Assembly (NCBI RefSeq): GCF_006345805.1
Contig: NC_043000.1
Coordinates: 3,658,001-3,722,000, forward strand
Reading direction: 5' to 3'
Length of the DNA stretch: 64,000 nt
Source: Octopus sinensis
Lineage: Eukaryota
Shown here piece by piece: positions 13,068 to 27,141 of the stretch. Every line of letters begins with the position of its first letter. The first letter of the stretch is position 1. A program made the translations under genes and the position numbers. The notes below the pieces were generated by a model, which made no database searches, was not told the DNA's origin, and worked only from the letters and a program-made list of their open reading frames with translations.

Positions 13068-14246
13068 TATATGAAAATTATTTAAGAGCTGTACTATTTT
13101 GAATACTTCAGATCTTTTTCTGGATGTTATATTACATTTAACAGTTATATAATGAATTTAATTAGTAATAAATATCTCTAAAATCAGTTGCTTCTTCATT
13201 TATCTCAGCAATATCATGGATACTTGCTATTTTCTCCTGACAACCCGATAGGAAAAATACTTGTAGTCACTGAGAACGGTGAGATATTTCAGGTTATATA
13301 AAAGGTAATTTCTTGTTTCCTTTCATTAGATATGTTGAAAATGAGAATAACAACATAATTACACCTTAATATTTAAGACCAGGTGTGTAACTATTTAATC
13401 CCATGTCTTCATTAATCACTATTAATCACCACAGCTAATATCTTTAAATGTCTAGATAAATTTTTCACTCTGTATCAATGCCTATTCTAAGTCTATATGA
13501 GTACATACATCTCTAAGAAATTATCTTTATTGATAAAATTAAAGCTGTTAACATAATTATTGCATATAGTCTGATATTTGCTACAAAAGGCTGGATATGC
13601 AATTTTTATTTTAAAATAATAATAAAACTTGCATATATCAATTAAACAGCTATAGAATACATTTAAATAAATATATCTCCAAACGAAATAAATATTGAAT
13701 AAATTTTATTAAGTCCTTTTTGGTTATTTTTATATTTTAATCTAACAGGAAAATGAATGGATTCATTTATCTTTTATTTGAATTACAAAACAACAAAACT
13801 ACTTTATCACTAAAAAAAAATCTATTAAAAAAGCATTTGATATAATCTTGTATTTGCTACCAATGGTAAGCTGGTTTTGTAATTTTCATTTAAAAATTAC
13901 ACTTATATGGCATAATATCCTTGCTAACACCCACCCAAATCTTCACTACTAAGTTGAAGTAGTAAATGCTTTGGACAGAGGTTTAACATCTTAACTAGTC
14001 AGCTATCATAATTCAATATGAATTAAAATACAATAAATCAAAAAAATTATTAAAATTAGCTTTAAATGGTTTCACACAAAGTAGTATTTATAATGTCAGA
14101 GTAAAAAATCTAGTCAATAACTGTTTACTTGTAGTGTTTCTATTTTAGAAATTTTTTATTAAGCCTATGGAAAATACAATGCAAAAATTGTAATAGACAA
14201 AAGTGACCAACTTTGCAACCTAGACATTATTCCACTCTATCCTTAA

Positions 14247-14840
14247 CCCTTTCGTTACCGACCCGGCTGAAACCGGCTCTGGCTCTGAGTTCAAATGTCT
14301 TGTTTTCATAAGTTTTGAATTAAAATCGTCCACCAAACATCATCATCATCATCATCATCATCATCGTTTAACGCCAGTTCTCCATGCTAGCATGGGTTGG
14401 ACGGTTAGACGGGGATCTGGGAAGCCAGAAGGCTGCACCAGGCTCCAGTCTTATCTGGCAATGTTTCTACAGCTGGATGCCCTTCCTAACGCCAACCACT
14501 CCGTGAGTGTAGTGGGTGCTTTTTACATGCCACCTGCACAGGTGCCAGGCGAGGCTGGCAACGGCCACGGTCGGATTGGTGTATTTTATCTGCCACCGGA
14601 ACGGAAGCCAGTCGAGGCGGTGCTGGCATCGGCCACGAGTCGGATAGTGCTTTTTACGTACCACCAGACCAGGGATCCTGGCTGGTTCAATTCGATTTCG
14701 ATTTCGCTTGCCCCAACATGTCTTCGCAAGCAAAGGGGGTTGGCATGGGTGCCTGTCGTACGGTCGGATTGGTGTATTTTACGTGCCACCGGCACGAAAG
14801 AAACACAGAGCCTCTCAAAATAAATACAGTAACGAAAGAG
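14247..14840. mobile_element. piggyBac-type MITE interrupted by a family C element
   Basis: TTAA at 14243-14246 and 14841-14844. TIRs ccctttcgttac / gtaacgaaagag. Confidence 0.7.
14338..14795 (-). mobile_element. Family C element, subfamily with ~95-bp internal insert
   Basis: Closely similar to 55453-55894 in the opposite orientation. Confidence 0.88.
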
Positions 14841-15599
14841 TTAAAGAATATCAACAAATCATTAAAAAAAATCTAATCTCTATCTGTTCCCCTTTTTGAT
14901 TCAGTGCTCTTCCTCCTACTTCTGATGAATGGTAAAGCTACTAAGTAGAGAATTCTTCTTTATAAGATGAAACTATTTGCTCTTAAACTCCTCACACAGG
15001 CTGGTACATATTCAACAATCGGATAGTGATAGCTAACTAGTGTCATTTTTCACCTACACAAGTAGATGATGTTTCTAATATGACACATTACCAAGATATC
15101 AGTTGTAAGAACAAGTGTTCCAACAAAAACCATTCTATCTGTACTAGCAAACTAAAAACCGAATGTAAACAAGTATAAAAAACAAAAGAGCATCTACAAG
15201 TTAAGTGAAAAACAAAATAAAGAGAAATGACTAGAAGCACAGACAGATATGTAACACAGAAAACACAAATAGACGTCTTTTAGCATCAACTTCACATTTC
15301 TTTGCTCAATTCTAATTTCAGCAGTTTGTAAATATACTGTTGGAGATGGGGAACAATATGTATTTGGTTAAATGTAAAATCACAATAGGTGAGAAAGCAA
15401 ATTTTCAAAGTCAATAAACAGAAAACCTTCAATAAATAGGCTATCAATAGAAATAATAATGAAGTTTAATGGAGGTTTCTGTATAAGAATTTTGAAAATG
15501 TTTATAATAACAAACCCTTCTAAAACAGCCAGCCAACTCCATTATTTCTTCAATAACCAGAAGTTATCAAAAGTAAAATGCTTTTGAAATGTGTTATAT

Positions 15600-15954
15600 A
15601 TAATAATAATAATAATAAACATTGTGTACAGTGCTCAGGTGCACTACAACTCATCTAAAGTGCATATATAATCAGGTGTAGTTTCGACGGATTTCGGAAA
15701 GCATGAGGGCCTTAAAGGATGCAGTGTCATGGCAGTCAACAACTGACGCAGGCAGTTTATTCCATGCTTCAGCAACTCTGAGCGTGAAGAAATGTTTCCG
15801 AAAGTCATGGGAGCTGTGTTGTTTTCTGACTTTGTAGGCATGTCCACGTGTGTTAGACACATGGAGATCAAAAAGGTGTTCAGTGTTGTTATTGGTGAGG
15901 TGGTTGACAACTTTGTGGGCGTTTACCAAGTCCGTCGCCAGACGCCGGAGCTTC
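15600..15954 (-). mobile_element. CR1-clade LINE, short 5'-truncated copy
   Basis: Very similar to 9911-10265; same 3' UTR and (AAT)n on +. Confidence 0.9.
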
Positions 15955-16499
15955 GTTGAGTTTTACAAGAAAACAAAATGATTTTATGGTGTTTTGGGAA
16001 GGTCGTTACACCAATAAACACATGCACTGATTCATATCACTATTGTTAGTTAGATGGTTAGATATTTAACCAATTAACTAATTGATTGTTTGTTTAATGT
16101 GTAGGTTAAACAGCCAAGTGGTTGTTCGTCAAAGTCTTTTCGTTGCTATTTGTAACCTTACCAATGACATACCCTCTCTCCTCAAAGTCTACCTTGAAAG
16201 TGTCTGAGAATTAGTTTTACGTCTGTGTGTATGTATGCTTGTATGTGGGGCAGTTTACAAGAGAAGAGAAGGGTGAAAATAAACAATGAGCATATGTGTG
16301 CATACACATGTGTACATGCATGTGTGTACACTCATGTACTTGCCTGTTTGTGTGTTTGTGAGTGTGTGTGCATTGGCCATCTGTGACCTCTTTGAGGGCT
16401 CAGCCTTTTGTTCAAGGTCAGTTCAGTCTTAGATCTGTTGGGATTTGCTTGTCAGATTTATGGGTTAGTTCCTTATGTGGGAAGGAGGAAGGGTGAGGA

Positions 16500-16728
16500 G
16501 AGAACAGGGTGTGTATGTGTGCACGTGTGGTGTGTGTGTGTGTGTGTGTGTGTATGTGCACGTGTGTGTGTGTGTATGTGTGTGTGTGCATGCACAAGCA
16601 AGAGTATGTATGATCTATTGTGTGCATTTGTGAGGTTGAGTTAGTTCTGTGAGTGAGTGTATATGGTCATATGCACGTGAGCGAATGTGTGAATGTTTAA
16701 TTATGTATGTCTTCTAGTATGTGTGTGT

Positions 16729-16775
<47 letters not shown>

Positions 16776-16950
16776 TGTGTGTGTGTGTGTGTGTAAGTGC
16801 ATGCAGTGTGCGCATGTTTATGTGTGTATGTGTGTACATGTGGTGTGTGTGTGCATAGACATGTGTGGTGGTTGTGTGTTCTTAATTGTATGAGTTTATG
16901 TGTGCATGTTCGTGCATGTATGTATATGCACACGGATGTGTATGGTTGTG
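16500..16950. repeat. Degenerate (GT)n microsatellite field
   Basis: Directly visible. Confidence 0.9.
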
Positions 16951-17051
16951 TAAAAGAAAGGGTTGTAATTACATGCATTTATTTGTATGGATTTCGCTGC
17001 ACCCTGCTGTCATTCTAACCTATCCTCTCTCTCTCTCTCCATATATATATA

Positions 17052-17446
17052 CTAGCAGTATCGCCCGGCGTTGCTCGGGTTTGTAAGGGAAATAACTATG
17101 TAAGCATTTTTAGAGAGTTATAGCCAAAGAATAGCAAAAAAGTGCATTAAAAATAGAAAAAAAATTATGGTAAATTTTTTTTAAATCGTTGACTCATCGT
17201 AGACATTTTTAGAGATTTACTTCCCTTATATAATAGCGAAAAAAATGCATTAAAATGGAAACAAATGATGGTAAATTTTTTTTTAAATCGTAGACTCATC
17301 GTAGACACGCGCTAATACCCAGAAGGGCTCGATATGAATCACGACTATAAGATACCCGAATTTGGTTAAACTGCACCACAAAATGTGGGAGTAGTTAGGA
17401 ATCTAAATCGTAGGAGACAGACACACAACACTTTTATATATAAAGA
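17052..17446 (-). mobile_element. Complete non-autonomous Helitron with internal ~105-bp tandem duplication
   Basis: Minus strand reads A|TC...hairpin cccgagcaacgccggg...CTAG|T, the canonical Helitron termini and AT target. Confidence 0.85.
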
Positions 17447-19434
17447 TATATATATATATATATACATACATACCTACACCTGCACACACATGCCTTCCTA
17501 CACATACACAAATACACACATGTATATATGTTGTGTGGTTAATGGCAGTGCCATTGTGGTTCTACTATCTACTATGTATATTTTCTATTCAATATTGGCA
17601 ATGTCTCATTTATGAAAACAGATTCGTGAATCTCTTGTAACAACAGATACATTGATGAGGTCACGAATGGCAATGAAAGGACTTTCATAAACAAACAACC
17701 GAGTGATTGCTTAACCAACACATTAAACAAATGATCAATTAATTAGTCGGTTAGATATTTAACTGATTGACTAACAATGAAAAAGTGACATTGAACTTGT
17801 CTGTATTTTTAATTATTGCTGTAATGACCCTCTCATGATGCAACAAGTTTTTTTTTTTAACACACAAATTCATATCAACAATCTTGCAAATGAAGTAAAA
17901 TAATTTTAAATATATAACTATTCATTAGTTAGTCCTAGATAAGCCAGGTTTTAAAATATATAGCATCATACTGGTAATTATATTCTACCACCTAACTACT
18001 CTGTGAAGATGTCACAAGAGCTGAGTAAATAATAAGCTCACGTATTAGTTGCAAAGTTTTCAGTTCAGACCTTACCACTGACATATTTTCTGTCCTTGAG
18101 AAAGGAACAGATGAACCTTCTGATTCTGATCCTGTCAGCTGTTAGCAAAAGCAAACAATAGGAAGAATGATTTGATGGTGAAATGAGAAAGTAGCTGGAA
18201 AATAGCTACTTTGGCAATCTACATTTTTAAGACTTATATCTTGTCCTCATGCAAGAATAACTTACTGAATCTTCAAGTCAGACAAAGAAAGAATAAAGAA
18301 ATTAAGATTGACAAATTGAACCATTGAAATGCTGTATTGGTTGAATTAGCACCAATGTCAAAACAAATACAATAATTTGCGCGTGCCAATGCTGTAGTAC
18401 TTAAACTTAGTTCTCAGTATAATCAAAATTTAGCCATGGAAAATACTGGAAGCCTATGAATCTTAAAATGCAACAAATTTTAAATAAGCCACTGTTAGCA
18501 ACAGACTTTTTTTATTTTATCAAATTTCTGGAATTATCAAGCTTAAGTCATTTTAATATAGTATGACATTGAAATTTGTCAGATGAGAATAGAGTAAAAC
18601 CATAAGATATACAATAATAGATTAGAGTAGTTTTGAATGGACACAAATAATTAAATGATCGAAATAAATTTATTATATGCCACACAAATGGCAGCAATAA
18701 CTAAATAATGCCATTAGGCTATTTTGAATCCTTCAAATCCATTATAACATTTACTAAAGACTGTTAACAAAGTAAAAAGCACATTCAGTGGAATGTGAAC
18801 ACACAAAAGCTGTATAGATCATTAAAGTACATAACAAAAGGGCAACTGCTCACAGAGTTTTAAAGAGCAAGAAATTCACCTACAAAATCAATTTCCAGTC
18901 TTAAATAGCACAATAAACAACTATCGGAAGAATCAGAACTGAATAAACCCATAAATGTCATTAGCAGACTCAAACAAATTCCATAAGTTGACATTAAAAC
19001 TCCATTTGAAGAAATGGCTAAATTACAAGAATGGAATTGGACTATCACTGCCATTCAGAATTACATTACTTTTAGTCTTCTTCTTGGTGACAAAGGAAAT
19101 CTTCAAGAAAGCATTACCAAAATGAATTCATTTAATGTACAGTTCAGTAATAAGTAATAGAACCACTAAAATCTGAATAAGAATTTGCTGTTAATCTACT
19201 GTCATCAAACAGCTATCCAAAACTGCCAAACTTAAAAGTAATGTAGACAATTTTTCACACATACAACTAATTTACTAAGTATTACTTTTTTTTTTGTATC
19301 AGAATCTATGAAAAATAGTAGCATCATTGATAGGTTTCCAAAGGACTAATTACTGGCTCACTTCATTTCTGAATGATAAAGGCGGAGTTATCAAACACAA
19401 TGTATCTCATCTACTGTTTTTTAAAAATTTTTGG

Positions 19435-21010
19435 TCATTATCATCATTGCTATCATCATTCTACATCCATTTTTCCATGCAGCTTACCACTTGTTGTTGC
19501 CTGTTGTCATCTTTATGAAGTTCAATCTTTCAAGATCACTTTTCACCACATTTTACCATATCTTCCTCTCCTATAGGTTCCTTCCACTTTTAATGCTTGG
19601 AAATTCTTTATCCAACTGTGATCTTCCATGTGCATCACCTGACCATACCAATACAGTCTTCTCTCTTAAATACTACATCTGGTTCCTCTTATAGTCAGTT
19701 TTTCTCTCAGAACATTGTTCATACACACTAATGTTACACATCAAGCAGAGAACGTGCACCCCATTTCTTTTCAGCTTTTAAAAAAAAATCATCTGGATAC
19801 ACTCAGAGAGAGAATCTTTTTGTTGCCAGCAGAAGTAGTAGCTCTCATGTCCATTTTCTGACACTTTTACTCTGGTTTCTATGTTTTCAGAACATCTATT
19901 ACTAATTAGAACATCTAGGTAATAGAAGCTATCAATAAATTATAGGGAACACTTTGAGCATTTGAAGGAAAAATTTGTAGTTGCTCTTAGTGCTAAGTAT
20001 CCTTTTGCCCATATTACATACAAATCCCTTCTCTGTCAACCTACATGTAATCCCATTGAATCTCTTGTGTATCCATAGTTTAAATTGTTACATAGCAAGG
20101 AATACCAACCTAGTATTATTTTATATATCATGCATAGCCACTTCCTAGATGACATCAGACTTGCCTGATTTCTTTCTTGATAACTAAAATTTCTAACTTT
20201 GAAATATTTACCATAAAACCTTTCAGTTCTAGGTTTTGCTTAAACTTTTAGAATTTCTTCTCTAATTTTTCAGTAGATTCAGGTATGAATGAGAACTAGA
20301 TTGTTAGCATACAGATGTTCCTATGCACAAATGGTCTTAAGCCCCTGTCATGGCCTGGAACATTAAATAAGCAGGATGGAGATAAGGGCTGAGTTTTAAA
20401 AGAGACCTACTTCTATGCTAAATTTCTTGCTGAACTTGATGAATTGCTTATGAGGAGTGATGCAGTTAAGGAGATGATATCAACAAGTTTTACAGGCAAC
20501 TTCATAACTACAGAGTATGATACCTTGTCCAAGGTCATTTCTAGGTCAACAAATGCTTGTTGTAGTGGCTTCCGCTTTGCTCAGAACTTCTGTAAAAGAC
20601 TCACTGGGTAGTGTCCTTTAGAAGCTCCTAGTTTTTTTTTTTTTCTTTTATTAGTCTCTACCTCCTCTTCCTTCTCAAAATATGTGTCACATAGTAATTT
20701 TTTTTAACTTACATCTGACCGAAGAATCTTTCAGCTTCCACATGCTCCTTTTACAGATTACCTTGTGATCCTGGATTTTCCAAGCTCTTACTCCGTCAAA
20801 GAAAAATTCAGTGTTCCTAACCATTTCCCTATCTCATTTCCTGGTGAGGAAAAAGAGTGTCTGCCTTGTGTGTTCATCTGAGAGCTAAGTGATCGGGTGG
20901 CTGGTCAGATTTCTTAAAATTAATGTTACAAACAGTAAGGTCACTTGCATCATGAAACTCCAAAAACCTTGAGCCCTTTTCCTTTTGTTTAGTATAGTCT
21001 ACATGTAAAC
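19435..21010 (-). mobile_element. RTE-clade LINE, heavily decayed and internally deleted
   Basis: Minus-strand remnants in correct order: APE (RFLEFHDASDLTVCNINFKK), RT (AFVDLEMTLDKV; LYANNL at the YADD position), C-terminus (ERRLYWYGQVMHM), then a 3' end gcatggaaaaatggatgtagaatgatgat. Confidence 0.7.
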
Positions 21011-22251
21011 CAGACTATTTACTGATGGGCTTCCTCACAGTTTCATTAACTGGATTCAATTCACTCAGTCAAACTAGGGCTATGGAAGAAAACATTCGCG
21101 AGAGCATGTGTGTGTGTATGTGTGTGTGTGAAGACACTCATATATATGTCTATATCATGGTAGCTACATAAATTAAACTCATACCATAGATTCTGTTTAA
21201 ACAGATATGTGAGAGGGTACAAGCAGCCATTAATAAGATATCTGCCAAGAGACACTATTAGCTACTTATGTGAAAGCATGGCATGAATTTAATTACATAG
21301 TTATTGTAAACATAGTTATGACTAGCAGTTGGAGTGATCAGATGTGTTTTCTTTGGTTCGTCAAATTAGTAGCACAGAAAAGAAGAAAATAATAATTCAA
21401 TTCAATAATCAAATTATTATTTTGTTTTTTATAAGTACACAATATTCTAAGTTCTAAATATTCAATATTTGATAAACATATACTTTTTTTCTAGCTCGTT
21501 AGCATAAAACTATAAATATTTCCCTTTTTCTGCTACCATGAAATTAATAATCTTTAAAGTCACAAATGTGTTACATTAGCATTTTAAAAAAATCCTTAAA
21601 CACACACACACCACAGAGATACTATATTTATCTGAGAACAAGCACTATTACACATTTTATATTTATATATATTTATATATAGCATTGTGCTATATTTCTT
21701 TCTTAAACACAATAAGGCTAATATGAACACAAATAATTGCCAAAATTGGTTCCAAAAAGACAAATGCATTAATGAATGAATGAGCTTTATGATAGTTTTT
21801 CAAACAATCCACCAACTTTTATTTTTGCCATCAACTGTAAGATAAACACAAATAAAGCTTCAGAGAAAAAAGTGCAAAATGTTTTTTCTGGACAAAAACT
21901 ACACTTGGAAGCTCAATAAAATGTTCTCTTCATGCAGTGAAGTAACAACTGAATCTGCCACAATCATAATTTTATCCATTCCTCAGTTCAGTAGAAATAG
22001 AATTTTATTCACCATTTTTAAAATCCCCCACAAAATACAACCAACAATATATTGATTATAGCTATTGAATCTAATAATTATAGATACAAAGACAATATCT
22101 ATCGTTGAGCCCACTGCAAACTTATGATTAAAGAAGATGGAAAACTAGGCAAATACACTACACAGATGAGGACATAGTCTTTAATAGAACCACGAGTAAT
22201 AATAACAATTGTAGAAAAAAAAAATATATATATATATTATATATATATATA

Positions 22252-22661
22252 GGCGCAGGAGTGGCTGTGTGGTAAGTAGCTTCTTTACCAACCACATGGT
22301 TCCGGGTTCAGTCCCACTGCGTGGCATCTTGGGCAAGTGTCTTCTGCTATAGCCCCGGGCCGACCAATGCCTTGTGAATGGATTTGGTAGATGGAAACTG
22401 AAAGAAGCCTGTCGTATATATGTATATATATATGTATGTGTGTGTATATGTTTGTGTGTCTGTGTTCGTCCCCCCACCATTGTTTGACAACCGATGCTGG
22501 TGTGTTTATGTCCCCGTTACTTAGCAGTTCGGCAAAAAGAGACCGATAGAATAAGTACTGGGCTTACAAAGAATAAGTCCTGGGGTCGATTTGCTCGACT
22601 AAAGGTGGTGCTCCAGCATGGCTGCAGTCAAATGACTGAAACAAGTAAAAGAGTAAAAGAG
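22252..22661 (+). mobile_element. SINE family A, full length
   Basis: tRNA-like head, internal TA/TG microsatellite, tail ...caaatgactgaaacaagtaaaagagtaaaagag. Confidence 0.92.
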
Positions 22662-22667
22662 AATATA

Positions 22668-22872
22668 TTGTTATATTTCGGAATGGTCATTTTGCCAGTT
22701 TAGCCAATAAAAACACGCGCACTATATATTTGGTGTTACTTTGCTTCAGTGTTATTTATTTTTTACATTAATCTTAATCTTATTTCGGCCAGAGTTCTTT
22801 CGTCACACTCCTGTGACCGCATCATTGGCCAGAGTTCTAAACTGGCAAAATGACCATTCCGAAGTATAACAA
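22668..22872. mobile_element. MITE with ~36-39-bp TIRs and TA flanks (Tc1/mariner-type)
   Basis: 22665-22703 and 22837-22875 are inverted repeats with one mismatch. Confidence 0.8.
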
Positions 22873-22928
22873 TATCTGTTTCAACACACGACTTCACATA
22901 AAAAATCTTGCACAACAAATATATAAAC

Positions 22929-22989
<61 letters not shown>

Positions 22990-22997
22990 GTATAAGT

Positions 22998-23114
22998 ACA
23001 GGCATGGTTATGTGGTAAGAAGCTTGCTTCTCAACCATATAGTTCTGGGTAGACTCAGTGCAACCAAAGCCTTGTGAGTGAATTTGGAGGGTGGAAACTG
23101 AAAGAAGCCCATTT

Positions 23115-23152
<38 letters not shown>

Positions 23153-23383
23153 TTATGTGTGTGTGGGTGTGTGTGTGTCTTTGTGTTATTCCTTCTACCA
23201 TTGCTTAACAACCGGTGTTGGTGCGTTTTACATTCCAGTAACTTAGCAGTCTGACAAAAGGAATCAATAGAATAAGTACCAGGCTTAAAAATAAGTATTG
23301 GGGTCAGTTCATCTGACTAAAAATTCTTCAAGGTAAAAATTCTCCAGCATGACCACAGTCTAATACTGGAACAAGTAAAAGAT
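22998..23383 (+). mobile_element. SINE family A, older decayed variant
   Basis: aagccttgtgagtgaatttgg..ggaaactgaaagaagccc and a decayed tail. Confidence 0.7.
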
Positions 23384-23575
23384 ATATTCATATAAATACA
23401 CATACACACAAATAAACTGGAAAATTAGGAATGTAGCATACCAAATGAAATGCATGGAAGAATAATAACTTATACAAGTAAAAGCACCTGCAAATTAGAG
23501 GACAGAGAAGCACTGGCAAGAGTATAGAGTAGATAAGAGGCCTACGTTGCTACTCTATCAACATGCTAATGATAC

Positions 23576-23978
23576 ACTCTTTTACTTGTTTCAGTCATCT
23601 GACTGCGGCCATGCTGGAGCACTGCCTTTATTCGAGCAAATCGACCCTGGGACTTATTCTTTGTAAGCCCAGTATTTATTCTATCGGTCTCTTTTGCCGA
23701 ACCGCTAAGTGACGGGGGACGTAAACACACCAGCATCGGTTGTCAAGCAATGCTAGGGGGACAAACACAGACACACAAACACATATACACACATATATAT
23801 ATATATACATATATACGACAGGCTTCTTTCAGTTTCCGTCTACCAAATCCACTCACAAGGCATTGGTCGGCCCGGGGCTATAGCAGAAGACACTTGCCCA
23901 AGATGCCTCGCAGTGGGACTGAACCCGGAACCATGTGGTTGGTTAGCAAGCTACTTACCACACAGCCACTCCTGCGCC
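23576..23978 (-). mobile_element. SINE family A, full length
   Basis: Near-identical to 45215-45621 and 12647-13067. Confidence 0.92.
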
Positions 23979-23984
23979 TTGATA

Positions 23985-24888
<904 letters not shown>

Positions 24889-25134
24889 TAAACACGACAG
24901 CATGTTGGGAAACAAAGAAACAAAAATTTCTTCCTTGCCACATCTTCATCTTTTGTTTTGTTTTTTCCCACCTGGAATAATCATATATCTCTCAATAGCA
25001 AGACACTCATTCCTATCTCTCTATCATACTTTAACCTTTCATCACATAACATAAAACAACTTCCTTCAGTACTAATCCCATCTCATTCAGTTGAGGGAGG
25101 TTTTGTCTTGCAAGTTATTCAATGACCTCACAAG

Positions 25135-25555
25135 TGCTGGTGCCATGTAAAAAGCACCCAGAACACACTGTAAAGTGATTGGTCAGAATCGTTAGCACGT
25201 CGGGTGAAATGCTTAGCAGTATTTCGTCTGCCGCTACGTTCTGAGTTCAAATTCCGACGAGGTCGACTTTGCCTTTCATCTTTTCGGGGTCGATTAAATA
25301 AGTACCAATTACGCACTGGAGTCGATATAATCAACTTAATCCGTTTGTCTGTCCTTGTTTGTCCTCTCTGTGTTTAGCTCCTTGTGGGTAGTAAAGAAAT
25401 AGGTATTGGGAAAGGCATCCAGCTGTAGAAACCATGCCAAAGCAAACACTGGAGTTTGGTGCAGTCTTATGCTCATCAGCTCAAGTCAAACCATCCAACC
25501 TATGTCTGCATGGAAAAATGGATGTTAAATGATAATAATGATGCTGGTGATGATA
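25135..25555 (+). mobile_element. Family C element interrupted by a family D SINE
   Basis: The C motif gtgattggt|attgggaaaggcatccag is split by the insert. Confidence 0.75.
25184..25404 (+). mobile_element. SINE family D nested in a family C element
   Basis: cagaatcgttagcacg...gagttcaaattcc...gtaaagaaatag; short ggt duplication at the junctions. Confidence 0.8.
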
Positions 25556-26439
25556 GCACCCACATATTGCAATGTTACAACAAATAAAAGTTATATGCAT
25601 AACAGAAAAATGAGTCACTCTTAAGAAAAAGTACAAGAGAAATGGCAACTACCTTACCACCATTGATTCCTATGCACAACAGAGTTGTATTTGTATGTAT
25701 AAAAGACAACACTAGCAATGACTCCAGCACCATCTGACACTGAATATGTATGTCCTACTACTACAATACATATATGTTTGTATAAGTACACATATGTGTG
25801 TGTGTGTGTATATTTATGTGTTCATGTGTGTGTGTGCACGTTTGTGTGTACAACTATGTGTGTGAATATACAGATGTGTATTTGTATGTGAGTGACTAAG
25901 AAACAGAAAGAGAATAACCAGAAATTTGTAGACAAATTCTTTATTTCCTTGAGAGATAATAAAAGGAATACAGGGTCATAAAGTGCAACTTGATGAAACA
26001 AGCGACAAGCAGTTTCATGCATGCATGCACACGCAAGCATACACAGTCTGCTCACATAAACACTCAGCAAAAACCAAACAAAAGAAAAATCAAAACCCAA
26101 AGAAAGCACATGTATACAAACCCATACATACCATCATACACACACACACATACGCTAAAAGTGTAAATACAGTACTGAGTTTGGCTACGTGACAGACTTG
26201 GAGTAATAAGGGTATGCCATAGAGAAGGTAATGGGTGGCATCTCAAAAGGACTCTCAAAAACCACCTGACTGATTAAACAATTAATCAAGCAATTGATTA
26301 GTTAATTGGTTAATTAGTTAACAAATAACAGTAATAGTAATCAATGAAATAGAACCATTGAGTGCATGTGTGTGTGTCTCTATTGGTAAAAGTTACCTTT
26401 CCAAAACATGTTTCAACAAATGATTCACATCTAGAATCT

Positions 26440-26680
26440 TGTAAAAGAATTACATGTGTGTGTATATGTACACGCACACACATACATACATGCATACATA
26501 CATACATACATACATGCATACATACATGCATACATACATGCATACATACATACATACATACATACATACATACATGCATACATACATACATACATGCATA
26601 CATACATACATACATGCATACATGCATACATACATACATACATACATGCTGATGAGAGAGAGACAAACACATACATACAA
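26440..26680. repeat. (CATA)n/(CATG) microsatellite
   Basis: Directly visible. Confidence 0.95.
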
Positions 26681-27141
26681 ACATCAACTAAGTTTATTGA
26701 TTCCATTTCTCAACATTACACTATATTCTTTTCCTTTGATTCTCAACAACCAGTTAATAGTGACTTGATAACTTGAAGAGACAAGATACAAGAAATATAT
26801 AATCGTGATCTTAATGATAGCATTCAAAATGTTAACTCTTTTATTCGGCTGAAAATTCAAACATTATCTTTGATAAAGTTAGATTTGATAACAACTGAAA
26901 ACAGATACTTCAGTATTACTCACCCTCTCTCATTTTAAGCTTGCTTTTATATTTTTCTGATACATAGATATGTTTTTCTGATATATAGTGCGTGCATTTA
27001 TTTGGCAAAAAGAAAAAAAAAAAAAAAAAGAAAATGACCATCCCAAAATATAACATTATCTATTTCAACACACAATTTCACATCAGGACTCTTGCAAAAC
27101 AAATACATAAACATAAGTTTCTGATATACATACATACCTAT

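Larger units (their letters stand above)
16041..17779. repeat. Degenerate ~130-bp inverted repeat pair (16041-16168 / 17650-17779) enclosing GT-rich DNA
   Basis: Hand alignment of the arms, roughly three quarters identical; a related copy lies near 26270-26450. Confidence 0.55.

Noticed and set aside
13209-13278. Possible plus-strand exon QYHGYLLFSPDNPIGKILVVTEN with AG/GT boundaries
   Set aside because: Splice-like signals are frequent by chance in AT-rich DNA. Other candidates (52649 donor, 61296 donor, 46600-46660 minus) do not form a consistent strand or phase model.
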